From: Hyaloraphidium curvatum SAG 235-1
Taxonomy: Eukaryota > Fungi > Monoblepharomycota
Direction of reading: 5' to 3'
Assembly: GCA_025558095.1 (NCBI GenBank)
Contig: JAIVFI010000017.1
Location: 558,001-622,000, forward strand
DNA: 64,000 bases
The position numbers and the translations under genes are program-made. A model generated the notes under the pieces. That model had not been told where the DNA came from. It searched no databases and saw nothing but the letters and a program-made list of their open reading frames with translations. The first letter of the stretch is position 1, and each line of letters begins with the position of its first letter. This document shows positions 33,012 to 46,472 of the stretch, piece by piece.

Positions 33012-35076
33012 ATGCCTTCCGGCGACTCTCGCCCCTCCTACGCGCTCTCCGCCGAATCTCAGGCCGCGCTCGCAGCGCTCATCGCGGCGCGGGACGCCAA
33101 GATCCGCCCGGAATGGCGCCTGTCCGAGGCCGAACTCTCCCAGGCCAAGGCGGACAAGACCAAGATAATCGCGTTCGTGGAGGGCAAGCTGTCGCCGCGC
33201 GAGAAGGAGATCACCTCGTGGACCGCCTCGGAGGCGCTCGCCAAGATGCACGGGCCCAAGGGGGACAGGGCGACCATACCCGAGGTCGTCGAGGCCGTCT
33301 GCCACCGCGCAGCGCTGGTGCACCAGCTGACCAACTGCCTGACCGGTGCGTGGACCTTCGGTGCTGGAAGAGTGAGAGCTGATTCGCGATGTCAGAGATC
33401 CTGTTTGAGGAGGCCATCCGGGACGCCGAGGAGAAGGAGCGCGCGTTCGTCGCCAACGGGTACAAGGTCCCCGAGCCGGCCTCCCCCAACGGCCTGAAGC
33501 CCCTCATCTACGGCCTCCCCGTGTCGATCAAGGACGAGCACGACCTCGCCGGCACCCGCACCACGTGGGGCTTCGTAGAATGGGCGCTGGACCCCCCGCG
33601 CGAGGCCGACGGCGACGTCTGCGCCATCCTGAGGGCGTCGGGCGCGGTCTTCTTCTGCAAGACCAACATTCCGACCGCGCTGATGACCTGGGAAAGCACC
33701 AACAACGTGTGGGGCCGGGCTTTGAACCCGCACAACCTGGACATCGCGCCGGGCGGGTCGAGCGGCGGGGAGGGAGCCGTGGTCGGCTCAGGGGCGTCGT
33801 TCCTGGGCTCGGGGACGGACATCGGAGGCAGCATCCGGATGCCAGCGTCGCTGTGCGGGGCGTACGGGCTCAAGCCGAGCTGCAAACGTGGGTCGACGGA
33901 GCGGGTTCGCGGACGAGAGCTGATGGGTCCTTCCAGGGTTCGCGTACACGGGGAGCAGGGTCGTCACTTCGGGATATCCGCCGGGCGACGCGGTGCCGCC
34001 CGTCCACGGGCCGCTGGGCAAGTCGGTCGAGGACCTGGAGCTGTACACGCGCGTGTTCACGCAGCCCGAGACGCTGCGCTACGACCGTGGGCTTGCCCGG
34101 CCCGCTCGCACCGGAAGCGGCCTGACGGTTTCTTCCAGCCAACGTGACGCCCATGCCCTTCACCCCCGTGAAGCTCCCGGCCAAGCTCAAGTTCGCGTAC
34201 TTCTGGGACAACGGGTACATCGCCGCTTGCCCGCCCGTGGCTGCCGCGGTCCTCGAGACGGTCGAGAAGCTGCGCAAGGCGGGGCACGAGGTCGTCGAGT
34301 TCAAGATCGGCGAGGGGGAGATGAAGGCGATCGCGGACTGCGTGGTGGGTTCCATCTCCGGTGCCGGCTCCCTTGCCTCGTGACACCTTCTGCCTGCACT
34401 GCAGTTCGCCTTCTATGGGGGCTACAAGAAGGAACTGCTCAAGATCATTGGCCCCAAATCCAAGCTGCAGGACCCCATCATCCCCGCCCTCTCCAACTAC
34501 GAAGACCTCGCCGCCCTGCCCGACGACGACCCCTCCCTGGACCCGCCCATCTCGAAGCTGTGGAAGCTGTTCGGAACCCGCGAGGGGATCAAGGCGGAAT
34601 GGACGCGGCGGTTCCTCGACCTGGGCATCGACGCGATCGTCTCGCCGACGACGGCGATCCCGGCGCCGCTGCACGACCAGGCGGGGAGGACGGTGCAGGC
34701 GATCATCTACTGTGCGTGCTGGAACCTGCTCGATTGGACCTCGGGGTGGGTGTCTCGGTGGCTTTGGGAACGGGCCGCACGGCGCTGACCGGACGATCGC
34801 GGCAGCATCATCCCGGCCAAGTTCCTAACCAAGGACGAGCTGAAGCCGTACCCGTCCCCCGCCCGCAATCCGGCCGAGGAGGCCGTGGTGGAGGCGTGGA
34901 ACACGCAGCTGGACAAGTACGAGAACGCGCCGGTGGGGATCCAGGTGACCGGGCTGCGGCTGACGGAGGAGAAGACGCTGGAGGTGATGAAGGTGGGTGG
35001 GATGGCGGTGGCTGCTTGCTGCTCGGGCTCATGACGGTCCCTGCGATAGGTCGTCGACAAGGCGTTGAAGGCGTGA
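33012..35076 (+). CDS. Amidase-signature family enzyme (acetamidase/FAAH-like), multi-exon
   Basis: GLPVSIKD, KTNIP, GGSSGGEGA, GTDIGGSIRMPA; final exon VVDKALKA*. Confidence 0.93.
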
Positions 35077-35205
35077 TGACTCGTTGGCGTGATGTCTGCG
35101 TCGGGAGCGATCGTGGAGTGCCAAAGAGCGCGAGAGCGGGCAAGGAGCCACGGCATTCGACCGTGCCGCACTTGATGCACCGAAATTCTTTCTCATAGAT
35201 GAGAG
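35022..35205 (+). repeat. Direct repeat copy A (amidase last exon and 3' flank)
   Basis: Similar to 36440-36625, e.g. GGTCGTCGACAAGGCGTTGA.GGCGTGATGACTCGTTGGCGTG. Confidence 0.85.
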
Positions 35206-35291
35206 AGCTTCCAGCTATAGCCGTGAAGGACTTCCTCCGGTTCTCCGTTCGCATCCTTGATCCACGGAGCTCCGAAAAGCTGTATTCCGCC

Positions 35292-36212
35292 CTAAGTCTT
35301 CCGAAGCAGACCGGGATTGCAGTTCTTCTTGTGCCCCGGCCAGTCCTTGATCTGGCATGCCTTGGAGCAGTAGTGGGCGAGCTTGCACCGCGAGCACCTC
35401 TTGAACCCTTCCCTCTGCGGGCTCGATGCGCCGCAGGCCGAACACCAGACGCCGGTGGTTGATGAGGGAGCGTTCTGCTTTATCCAGCGGCTGATCCTCT
35501 TCCACAGCGGCCAGAAGCAGGGATCGCAGCAGAGAAAGACACTGTAGGTCACCTCCCAGGGCCACACGTTGCTTGCGATCGAGTCGTCGTATTGGTACGG
35601 CCCAGATGGGGCGCCGCAGTTGATGCAAGGGGGACGGGGCCCCAGCTCGGCCTTGCCGCGGCGCATCATCTCCTTGGCCTCCATCTCCAGAGCCTTGATG
35701 ACATCCAGCCTCTTGTCCTTCGAAACCATCGCCGCAGGCAAGGAGACTTCGCGGGGAAGTTCCGCGTTGGTGAATACGGGGTTGGGGGCGTCCTGCGGCC
35801 ATGACGTGGCGATCCGGGCGATGACCTTGACAGGGTGACGTCCCTTTCCCTCCATCGCGGCGAGTCTCTTCTGCGTCTTGGCCTCGCACGCCGCCGCGCC
35901 GCAGGCCAGGGCGACGATGACCGAAACAGGGGTGGTCGAGAGGGCGACCGTGGAGACGACGCGCTCCGGGGGCGCCTTCCTGCACGCGTGGCATTTGGTC
36001 GCGTGCCGACTCCCCAGCTCGTTACCGCGGGACCGGCAGAAGGCTTCCAAAGCACGCGCGCCGTCCGGCAGGGCCGGCGCGAGGGCCACGTCGCGAAAGA
36101 CCCGGGGCCGCCCCATCGTACCGTTCAGGACGTGGAAAATCAGCGCAAACTCTTTCATCGCAGGTGCCGGTACGTTCGGGACCGCGCCACGGCGGGGCCG
36201 GTTCTGCTGCAT
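35292..36212 (-). CDS. zf-MYND domain protein (intronless)
   Basis: C-terminal [30 protein letters not shown]; two further CxxC..C modules. Confidence 0.88.
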   Translation of the reverse strand: MQQNRPRRGAVPNVPAPAMKEFALIFHVLNGTMGRPRVFRDVALAPALPDGARALEAFCRSRGNELGSRHATKCHACRKAPPERVVSTVALSTTPVSVIVALACGAAACEAKTQKRLAAMEGKGRHPVKVIARIATSWPQDAPNPVFTNAELPREVSLPAAMVSKDKRLDVIKALEMEAKEMMRRGKAELGPRPPCINCGAPSGPYQYDDSIASNVWPWEVTYSVFLCCDPCFWPLWKRISRWIKQNAPSSTTGVWCSACGASSPQREGFKRCSRCKLAHYCSKACQIKDWPGHKKNCNPGLLRKT

Positions 36213-36439
36213 TACTTGTTCTTGATGAGTGAGGCGTCAGCTCCCGAGGAGACGCGAATAGAAGCTCCGAACACAATCTTTGGACGATGATCTGCTAAGA
36301 CTTCTCAGACCTGCAAGTGTCTACTGTGTGCTGCATCTCTTTCACCCGTCGAAACTGGCGAGGGGGTTGATCGCTGCGGAAGAAGGCGCACGACGATCGA
36401 TTGGCTCTTGGTGGACATCGCATGGCGGTCGAGACTAAA

Positions 36440-36625
36440 CTCGGCCCCATAGCTGTTCCTGCTGAAGGTCGTCGACAAGGCGTTGAGGGCGTGATGACTC
36501 GTTGGCGTGGTGCACATTGCCTCGGGAGCGAGCGTGGAGTGCGAACGAGCGTGAGAGCGGGCAAGGAACCGAGGCCTACGGCCGTGTCACATTTGATGCA
36601 TCGATTCTTTTCCATAGAATGGAGA
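36440..36625 (+). repeat. Direct repeat copy B (diverged copy of the amidase 3' end)
   Basis: Diverged copy of 35022-35205, retaining VVDKALRA*. Confidence 0.85.
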
Positions 36626-36745
36626 AACGGAAGAGCAGCAGCTGCCCACGGGGTGTGTCCCCAACGGCGCTTGGGCCGGTGCTTCTGCCAGCGGCGGCGG
36701 CTGGAGAGGCACCCCTCGTTCCTTCTTTCCCCCCGGTGGCGTGCA

Positions 36746-39382
36746 ATGCCGCGCGCGGGGCCGCCGCCACGGCCGCGGCGTCAGCGGCTGGCGCTGTGTG
36801 CGCTCTTTGCTCTGGCGGCGCTGGCGGCGGCGGGGCCTGCGGGCGCGGGGCCGCCGCCGCACCCGCGCCCGCACGACATGGACCACTCGCGCTTCGCGTA
36901 CTTTGCCGTGGCGCTGCAGCCCGGCGCGTCGCCGTCTCAGCTCGCGGCCTCAATGGGGATGGAGCTCGTCGGCGACCTGGCGCCGCTGGACGACCACTTC
37001 CTGCTGCGGGCGGACAGGCATCCCCACGCCCCGACCGCCCACATGCTCCACAAAAGGCTGCTGCGCCGCATGGACGAACACCCGGACGTCGAGTACGCCA
37101 GCCTGCAGACGCCCGGCAGGCGGCTGTTCAGCCGCGCCCCGTACTCGAAGGAGCAGCTGGACAAAATCTGGCGCGATCAGCTGGGCATCCGCGACCCCGG
37201 CGTCGGCCGCCAGTGGCACCTGTACAACAGCGGCATCCCGGGGAACGACTTGAATGTCACGGGGGCGTGGCTGCAGGGCGTCACGGGCGAAAACGCGACC
37301 GTCTGCATCATCGACGACGGGCTGGACTACACCCACCCTGATTTGAAGGACGCCTTTGTGGGTAGCCGCCGTTTGCCGCCATCTTCTCTCTCAACGGACT
37401 GACCGCTCGATTCTTGGCTGATTTCGCAGGTCCTGGAGGGCTCCTGGGACTTCAACGGCCCAAACAAGTCGGCCTGGCCCAAGCCGCAGATGGCCGAGGA
37501 CCGCCACGGCACCCGCTGCGCCGGCGAGGTCGCCGCCCGCCGCAACGACAAGTGCGGCGTCGGCGTGGCCTACAACGCCCGCGTCAGCGGCGTCCGCATC
37601 CTCTCGGCCGACATCACCGAGGTGGACGAGGCTGCCAGCATCACGTACGGGTACCAGATCAACCAGGTCTACTCGTGCTCCTGGGGCCCCGCCGACGACG
37701 GCAGGACCATCGACGGCCCGCCGCCGCTCGTCGCGCGCGCCTTCCGCGAGGGCATCGAGCGCGGGCGCGGGGGACTGGGGAGCATCTACGTGTTCGCGAC
37801 GGGCAACGGCGGCGGCTCGGGGGACAACTGCAACTTTGACGGGTACACCAACTCGCTCTATACCATCACGGTCGGCGCCATCGACAGCAACAACAACCAC
37901 CCGATGTACTCGGAGCAGTGCTCGGCGCAGCTGGCCGTGACCTACTCTAGCGGCGGGCCCGCCGGCATCGTGGGTTGACTTCCGCCACCGCTTGCCCTCG
38001 CTCCCGGCTAACGGCCCCCCTTCCTTTCGACAGTACACCTGCGACGTCATGCCCTACGAGTGCACGCAGTACCACGGCGGCACCTCCGCCGCCGCCCCCC
38101 TCGCCGCCGGCGTCATGGCCCTCGTCCTCTCCCTCCGCCCCGACCTGCACTGGCGCGACCTGCAGCGCCTGACCATGGAGTCCGCGCGCCCCGACATCGG
38201 CGCCGGCGACGCGGACTGGGCCGACACCCACGCGGGGAGGAGGTACAACCACAAGTACGGCTACGGGCGGATCGACACCAACGACATCGTGGCCAACGCG
38301 CGCGACTTCAAGTCCTTGGGGGCGCACACGTGGTTCCAGACGCACTACATCGTGGTCAAGGAGCCGATACCGCAGGGCAACGACGGCACCAAGTCGGTCT
38401 TCACCTTCACCAAGGAGATGAAGGACCAGATCTCGCTATACCGCCTGGAGCACGTGACGGTGACGGTCGGGGCGCTGCACACGCGGAGGGGGGACCTGGA
38501 GGTACATCTCATCAGCCCGCACGGGATGGTGAGCGTGCTGGCGGCGGCGAGGCCGTACGATACGAGCAAGGAGGGGTTCAGGAACTGGACGTTCATGACG
38601 GTGAAGCACTGGTGGGTCTGCCGCGGTTGGCCGCCAGCAAGAACTCGTTCTGATTAGCGGAAACCCACAGGGACGAGGACCCGGTGGGCGACTGGACGCT
38701 CAACGTGCTGGACCGGTCCAACCCCAACGAGAACGGGACCTTCTACGGCTGGGCTATGAGGCTGTGGGGCGAGGCCCCCGAGGGCGTGGTGCCCAAGCAG
38801 GTCCCGATGCCCCCGATCCGGACGGCGACGGTGCCGGGGACCTCGGTGATTGCGCCGGCGACGTCGGCGGCGGCAATGACCACGAGCGCGCCGGCGCCGA
38901 CCACCACGACGACGACGCCGCCGCCGCCTGCGACGACGCCTCCGCCACCCCCGCCCGCAACGACCGACGCGATCTCCTCCACCGCCTCGGGATCTCCGAC
39001 ACCGCCTCCTGCCCCCGCGACCCCCGCTCCCTCCACCACCTCCTCGGCCGCCTCTCCCGCGGCCAGCACCGCCCTCGGCAGCAACTCCACCGTGACCGGC
39101 GAAACCCCCGCCGGCGACGACAAGTCATCCGCCGGCCTCTGGGCGCTCGTCACCGTCGCCGTCTTTGTCGGCCTCGCCGGCCTGGCTGTGTTCTACCTCC
39201 GCCGCCGGCTGCTCCGGCCCAAGGAGCCCGACATGTACCAGTTCCAGCAGCTCCCGGAGCTCGAGGACGACGAGATCGACGGGTTCCTGGACGACGTGGG
39301 GGACGAGGAGGTGGAACTGGAGGAGGTGGACGTGGAGATGGGCAAGGCCAACGGGGCCGGGGAGAACGGGACCAAGGGATAG
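36746..39382 (+). CDS. KEX2: Kexin (subtilisin-like proprotein convertase), multi-exon
   Basis: Signal peptide and prodomain; IIDDG, HGTRCAGE, GNGG..DNCNFDGY, GGTSAAAP; P-domain; S/T linker, TM helix and acidic tail. Confidence 0.95.
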
Positions 39383-39492
39383 AGGCTGCGGCGCGGTGGA
39401 CAAAAGGAACGGGAACACGGCCGGATTGATATGCTCTGTTCTCGCGGATCCACCATGTCCGAGCGCCAAGATTCCAAATCAGCTACGTTCCT

Positions 39493-42293
39493 TCACTTCA
39501 GCTCCATGCCCTTGAGGTCGTTGTCCTCCATGTGCTTGGCCAGGATGCCCCGGTAGACGAGGCAGCCGGGCGCGTAGGCGAGGTCGGTCAGCTTGAGGCC
39601 CTGGTCCTCGCTGCGAGACAAAGTGCGTTAGCATGCCGCGGAGACCGCGCGGTGATCTCTTCTCACTCGTTGTAGTACCTGCGAGGGGAATCAGTAAGGA
39701 ATGATCAGCTGGCGTTTCCGGAGCACTCACCCCGGCTACAAAGGAGGGTGACGGAGGAACGGACAACGCCAAAAAGGAGACATTGTCAGGACGTGCGAAA
39801 AGTGAGTCAGGAGCTCGTACCGTGCACTCGACGAAGAACTTCTCTCGGAAGTTCGACTTTTCCACCACCTCCTTGGTCCACCCGTCCTCCGCCTCCTTGG
39901 TCACTTCGACGGTCTTAGCGCCCCGCTTGATGGCCTCGGAGATGACGTAGGCAACCCAGTCGACCTCTGCGGTTCGGAATGAGCGGATGGATGGGGATGG
40001 CGGCCGGCGGATGGGCTCACGGCTGTTTGTGAGCGAGGTCCAGTTGAGGGTCGCGCCGGCTTGGGGGATGCCGAACCAGAAATGGCTTCGCAAGCGACGA
40101 CGATTCAACCGAAGCACGACGGACAGCGCGGCGGCGGGCTCACTTGGGGAACCCGTTGGTCGCCATCCCGTACAGCGACTTGATGCCGTCCTTGAACTTG
40201 TCCTGCGATTCGTGCGTGTGAGCCCGTAGCGTTCAAAATCTCTTCGGTGCATGCGCACCTCCTTCTTGATGCCGTCGCGCCCAATGACGTCGTAGTCCGG
40301 CTTGTTCACCAGCGCTGCCCCGTGCGTTTCGAATCCGGTCCTGAGGACGGCCGGGTCGTGAGCCCCATGCCCGGCTGGCCGCGCGAGGCGGAACCCACGC
40401 CCAGATGATGCAGTCGAGCTCGTACTCCTTGCCGTCGACCACAATGCCCTTCTCCGTGATGCGCTCGATGCCCTTGGTGGTGGACGTGTCGACAAGGTGA
40501 ACGTTGGGGCGGTTGAAGGTGGGCAGATAGGTGTCGGAGAAGGTCGGCCGCTTGCACAAGATGTTGTCTGCGCGAAAAGCTGGATGAGGGGCGGCCCATC
40601 AGCTGCCACGGAGTACCGACACCACGGCTTCAGCTTCTCTGCCGTCTCCTTGTCCTTCACGACCTCGTCCACCCTGCGCCGGATCCGCTCAAGATGGCGG
40701 TAATCCGCGAGCTGGAGCAGGTCTTCGGTCGTGTACTGCGCGCCCTCCCCGGTCTTCAGGTGCCTCCTGAGGAGCGAAGAGACGGCCAGGAACATCTTGG
40801 TGAACCCGTCGTCGAGAGGGAGTGGCGGCTCGCCGCCGGTGGGGGAGACAAGGAAAGCGTTGTCGCGCTCCTTTTGCCTGAAGACAGCGCATCGGCAAGG
40901 CCCCACGGGAAGGATCAGCAGGCAGCTCACCAGCCCGGCTTGAGGCTCTTCATCCATGCGAGATCGGTCGGCCGGTTGTCCCGCACGTCGATGGTCGACG
41001 GCGTGCGCTGGAAGACGTACAGTTCCTTGGCGTACTCGCCGAGGAAGGGAATGCTCTGGACGGCGGTCGCGCCGGTCCCGATGATGCCGACGCGCTTGTC
41101 CGACAGCTTGTGAAGATTGCCGTAGGCATCTCCACCAGTGTACTTGTAGTCCCTGGTAAACCAGCTTGTCAGCCCTTGGCGAGCAGCTGCCAGAGCGTGG
41201 AACGAACCAGCGCGCCGTGTGGAATTCGTGGCCCTTGAAGGACTCGATACCTTCGATGTTGGGCAGCCTGCGAAATGCGAGTCAGCAACTCGTTTCTCCG
41301 CGAGTCGTTGGCTAGTGGCTAGCTCACTTGGGCCTGTTCAGCGGTCCGCTCCCTACGACAAGGAACTGGGACGTAATGATGTCTCCGCGGTCGGTCCGGC
41401 ACGTCCACTGTTTCGTCGCATCGTCCCAGGTGAAGTCCTTCGCGTGCGTGTGGAACAACGCGTCGTGCTGGAGGTCCCACTTCTTGGCAATCCGCTCGAC
41501 GTGCTCGGCAATCTCGGGCGCGAGGCAGTATTTCTCACGGGGAACGTAGCCGGTCTCCTCGAGCAAGGGGAGGTACTGAAGAGTGGCGGGATCAGCGTGA
41601 ACATCCAACGACAACCGGGGACGGGACCAACGCAGTAGGCTTCCGAGTCGCAAGCGGCGCCGGGGTACCTGTTCCAATACCCTGTTTGATCGCAGAGACG
41701 TAAGCGCCGAGGCCTCACAGGCTGCGGACGGCAAAGTAGCCCACAGGTGCCGCCGAACGAGCCGGCGCCGTCAATGATCGTGATGTCCTTCACTCCGCGG
41801 TCCTTCAGCATCGCCGCAGTCATAATGCCTTGTGATGGAAACGCCGTGTGAGCTGAATTGCGTCACGATAGTTCTTCGAACCCACCGGAGAATCCGGCGC
41901 CGAGGATGAGGACCGTCGAGTTCTTGTTCACCGGCTCCCGCTCGATGTAGGACGTCCACGGGTCGGTCAGCCACTCCTTGTACCGCTCGCCCTTGCCTTC
42001 GCCGATGATTATGCTGCCGACGAGAATGGCGTTCGGTGCGTCCCTCGGTGGAGGAGCTGACGAGGCTCACTATTGCCCGTAGTGCTCCTTGTGGGCCCGT
42101 CTATCGCGCTCCTCGATGTACTTCTTGTGCAACGCGGCGGGATCTGGAGGAGTTCGGCGCCGAACAGTCGGTCGGACGGAGGGTCGGAGCGCGGGAGACA
42201 GGGTTCAAATGTGGCGCGGTGGTTCCGGGCCCGCGCAGACGTACCGAAATCGAACTGCCACAGGGCGGAATCGGCCACCTCCGCGACGACCAT
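39493..42293 (-). CDS. Baeyer-Villiger monooxygenase, many introns
   Basis: LGAGFSG; [13 protein letters not shown]; [11 protein letters not shown]; [12 protein letters not shown]; FQRTPS; [11 protein letters not shown]. Confidence 0.92.
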
Positions 42294-42456
42294 TTTCGCG
42301 GTTCGAGAGCCGAGTTCGACGCGCGAAAGGCGGGCTAGGGGGACGGAGTTTGTGGGTGAGCCCTCGCCACCCATGCGTTGGGCGCAGTGGCGAAGGTCGC
42401 CAAAAAGTCAATCCCGTGCCTCTCACCCAATCCAGGCCACGTACATCGCATGCAGA

Positions 42457-44074
42457 TCATAGCAACGCACCGGGCGGCGCCGAAACAGTCCTGGCCAGCC
42501 TCCTCCCCGGCCGCTCCACAGCCCGTCCCCCCTCCCATGCCACCCTCCCGTTCACAAGCACCATCGCGATCCCCTCGCTGGCCCGCACCGGGTCCTCGAA
42601 CGTCGCCGCGTCCCCCACCGTCTCCGGATCCAGCAGCACCAGGTCCGCGTGGCAGCCCTCGCGCAGCTCCCCGCGCCCTTCGAACCCGAACGTGCGCGCC
42701 GGCAGGCCCGTCATCTTGTGCACGGCTTCCTCCAGGGTGAACAGCCGGCGGTCGCGCGCGTAGTGCCCCAGCACGCGCGGGAAGCTGCCCCACAGCCGCG
42801 GGTGCGGCCGCGGGGAGTGCATCCCGTCGGACCCGATCATGCTCCGTGGGAAGGCGAGCACGCGGCGCACGTCGTCCTCGGACATGTCGTGGTACACGGC
42901 GATCCCGGGCGCGAGTTTCTCGGCGGCCTGGGCAAAGGTGAGGGAGCGGAAATCCGGGTGCGAGGTGACGAGGTGCGAGACCAGCTTGCCGCTGAGCTCC
43001 GGGAACGGCTTGGAGCGGATGATGCGGATCTCCTCCGAGATGGCGGCGAACTCGGGGAGGAAGATGGAGGAGCTCGCCGTGTAGGGGTACACGTCGAGCG
43101 ACACCGGGGCGTGCGGCGGGGCGTTGGCCATGGCTTCGGCGATAAGCTCGAGGGTCTCGCGCGTGCGGCCGTAGTTCGTGGTGCCAGCGCATCTTGGCGG
43201 CGGATTGCAAAGGTAAGGAGGCATGCCGTGAAAACGCATCGGGGTTGCAGCCGTACTTATGGTGGGAGATGACGAGGGGCAATCCGGCCGTGCGGCCAAT
43301 CAGGATAGCCTCCTTGACCGCGTCGATCACCTTGTCCGCCTCGTCGCGCATGTGGGTCGCGTACAGCCCACCGTGCGCTGCCGCGACCTTTGCCAGCTCG
43401 ACGATCTCGGCCGTGGGCGACGCGCGCTGCCCGGGGTATTCGAGGCCGGTCGAGTAACCGAGCGCGCCCTCGCGCATGGCTTCGGCGAGGAGCTCCTTCA
43501 TCCGCGAGATTTCGGCGGGGGTAGCGGGGCGCGAGCGGTCCGGCACGGCGGCGCAGCGCAGGGCGAGGTGACCGATGAGCAGCGCGTAGTTGGTCTGCGG
43601 GGGCTTCGACTCGAGCTTGGCAAAGTAGGTCGACGCCAGGGGGAACGGGCCGTGCGGGCTGGGACCCAAGCCGTACTCGGCTGCACATCGGGGACAATGG
43701 GCAGGTTCAATTAAATCGCCGACTCCCGCAGCCGGAGATCGACACCCACGCGGCGAGGCCGGGTCCGCGAGCGTGTCCGGCGCGGCGCTCAGCCCGCAGT
43801 TGCCCGCCACCACGGTTGTGACGCCTTGCGAGACCTTTGCGTCCATCGCGCGCTCGGTGAGCAGGGCGAAGTCGTCGTGCGTGTGCGCATCGATGAAGCC
43901 GGGGCACAGCACGCGCCCGCCGCCGTCGACCTCGCGGTCGGCGTCGCCCGCGACGGAGTCGGCGATGCGTGCGACGCGTCCGTCGGCGACCGCGACGTCG
44001 ACCGGGCCGCGGCGCGGCGCCCCCGTGCCGTCGATCACGACGACGCGCCGGAAGACGATCGAGAACTGCGGCAT
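42457..44074 (-). CDS. N-acyl-D-amino-acid deacylase (amidohydrolase family)
   Basis: IDGTG, PGFIDAHTHDD, GVTTVVAGNCG, THMRDE, ISHHK, IGSDG, PHPRLWGSFPR, KMTGLPA; two introns. Confidence 0.93.
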
Positions 44075-44185
44075 CGCGGCGCGGCGTCGCGACGTCGGAG
44101 GAGCGCGATGCGCGATGCGGCTGGGGATGCGGCTGTGCGGGAGACGCCGCGCCGACAAACTTCACGCGTTCCGCGGTCGGAAGCG

Positions 44186-45424
44186 ATGAAGTACCCTCCG
44201 CTGCCCGGCGTCGCGCAGAAACGAGCCTCCCTCGGATCCGTTGAGCTCGACTACCTCGACGCCGGGGACCCGGCCGGCCCCGCGGCCGTTCTCCTGCACG
44301 GCTTCCCGGAATGCGCGTGGTCGTGGCGGCATCAAATCGCGCCCCTCGTCCCCGCGGGCTACAGGGTGATCGTGCCGGATCAGCGAGGGTACGGGGGCTC
44401 GAGCAGGCCCGATGCGGTGGGGGAATACGCGTCGGACAAGCTCGCCGGGGACGTGTTCGCGCTCGTCGACCAGGCGGTCGGGCCGGGGGCAACGTTCGTG
44501 GCCATAGGCCACGACTGGGGCGGGCTGCTGATCTGGGAGATGCTGCGGGAGCGGCCGGAGCGCATCGTGGCCGCGGTCGTGGTGTCGGTCGTGCCGATGG
44601 AGTATCCGATGCCTCCCACCCAGCTCTTCAAGGCGATGTCGGGCGACAAGTCAGTGAGCCTTGCCATGCATGCTGGTACCTTCCTTGATATTCAGATGTT
44701 TGCAGATTCAACTACATTCTCTACTTCAACGCGTCCGTCGGCCCAGCCGAGGAGGAGCTCGGCTCGGACGTCGGGCGCTCCGTGCGCACCATCCTCTGGA
44801 CGGCCTCGGGCGACTTTGGGTATCCCATGGCGCTCCTGATGCCCGACTACCCGCTCGAGGGGGGAAAGATGCTCCCGGACTCGCTGGTCGCAAGGGTTCC
44901 GGGGTCGCTGCCGCGTTGGCTGGAGGAAGAGGACTACAAGGTGTACGTGGATGCATTCCGCGAGTCGGGATACTTCGGGCCCGTGTCATGTGCGTCGAGA
45001 TCTGGCCTCCTTGCGTCCATTGCCGAGGTGCCGGACCGACGGGATGACTGACACCCGCCCGTTCCGCAGGGTACCGGCACTTCGACTCCAACTGGGAGCG
45101 CCTCCGCGGCAAGCCATACGAGGCCATCGCCACGCCGTGCTACTTCATCGGCGGGGGCGCGGACGGCATCATCCTCCTCGGCAAGGACTCCATGGACGCC
45201 GCGTTGGCGCGCATCCCGGGATACAGGGGCAAGACGATCATCCCCGGTGCCGGGCACTGTGGGTTCCCATCGGTACGGGGTGGTGGGGAAAGCTGATTGC
45301 GCGCGCAGGGACGCAGCAGGAGGCGCCGGACGAGTTCAACGCGGCGATGCTCTGGTTCCTCCGAAGCTTGCCGGGCCCGGCCAACGCCGGGCCAAGTTCG
45401 GTCAATGACTCCGCGACAAGCTAG
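44186..45424 (+). CDS. Epoxide hydrolase-like alpha/beta hydrolase, multi-exon
   Basis: LLHGFPE..SWRHQ, PDQRGYG, GHDWGG, GAGH..QQEAP. Confidence 0.92.
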
Positions 45425-45764
45425 CCGTCAGATCAGCCTCTTCGTCTCGCTCGGCTTGCCGGGCAGTGCCGCCTTTCTTGGGGCGCCCGCCTCCTCTTGT
45501 TCATCGATATCTTTCAGCACGACAGCCCATCGGATACCCTCCGACATGTAGGTCGCAGAAAACTGGTTCTGAAGCCACGCTGGATGCGTTCACGTGCCTT
45601 GCTGGTCGTCTGATGTGGCGCGATTCAAGGGTCCTCGCCCATCTGTCGATCCGAGAAGATCCGACGCGCAAACACACCTTGATGCAAACCCCCGGTTCCA
45701 CGCCCATCGCAACTCCGGTCCCTCTGAGCGCACCGGAATTCGTCGGAGCCCCATACTCGTCGCA

Positions 45765-46472
45765 ATGTCCCTCGCCGCGGGCGTCCGTCGCGCCGCTCAC
45801 CTCGCACACCACCCCGCGCACCACCCCGCGCCCCTGCACCAGTCGTTCGGCCTGATCGCCGCGGTGTTCTCGGCGGCGCCGGCGGGGCAGCTCCCGGCGC
45901 TGCGGGACGCGGCGGTGCTGCTCGTGCGGGAGCGGAGAGGAGGGCACTGGAGCTTCCCCAAAGGTCGGCGGACCTCCGCGTGCCGGATTCAACGGGGACG
46001 CTGACGCCGCGGGCCCTCCCTGCTCCTTCCCACTGCTCATTCAGGCTCGCCGGAGCGGGGCGACGCCGACCCGTGGCACACGGCGCTCCGCGAGCTCCGC
46101 GAGGAGGTCTCGCTCGCCCACCCTCTGGACCCGCTGCTCCCTGGCCGCGCCTTCCACGAGCACCGCGCGCGCCGGTTCGCCAAGCGCAACACGTTCTTTG
46201 CCGCGCGGCTGCTGGCGAGGGAGCCGCCGGCGCTGGCCTGGTGCCGGTGGGAGCTGCTGGGCGCGGAGTGGGTGCCGGGTGGGGAGGTGGCTGGGATTCT
46301 GACCCACCGGGAGACCAAGAAGGTGTGGGAGGATGTGGTGAAGGAGCTGGTGGGGGAGGGGGTGGTGCGGTGGGACGGGGAGGCGCCGGTCGGAAGGGAG
46401 GAGGTCGGGCCTGTAAGCCTCCAGGCAGGGGTGGGTCCCACGGCAGGAATGAGGCCCGCGGTGGAGCTGTAG
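45765..46472 (+). CDS. Nudix hydrolase (one intron)
   Basis: Spliced HWSFPKG..E..TALRELREE Nudix box. Confidence 0.8.
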
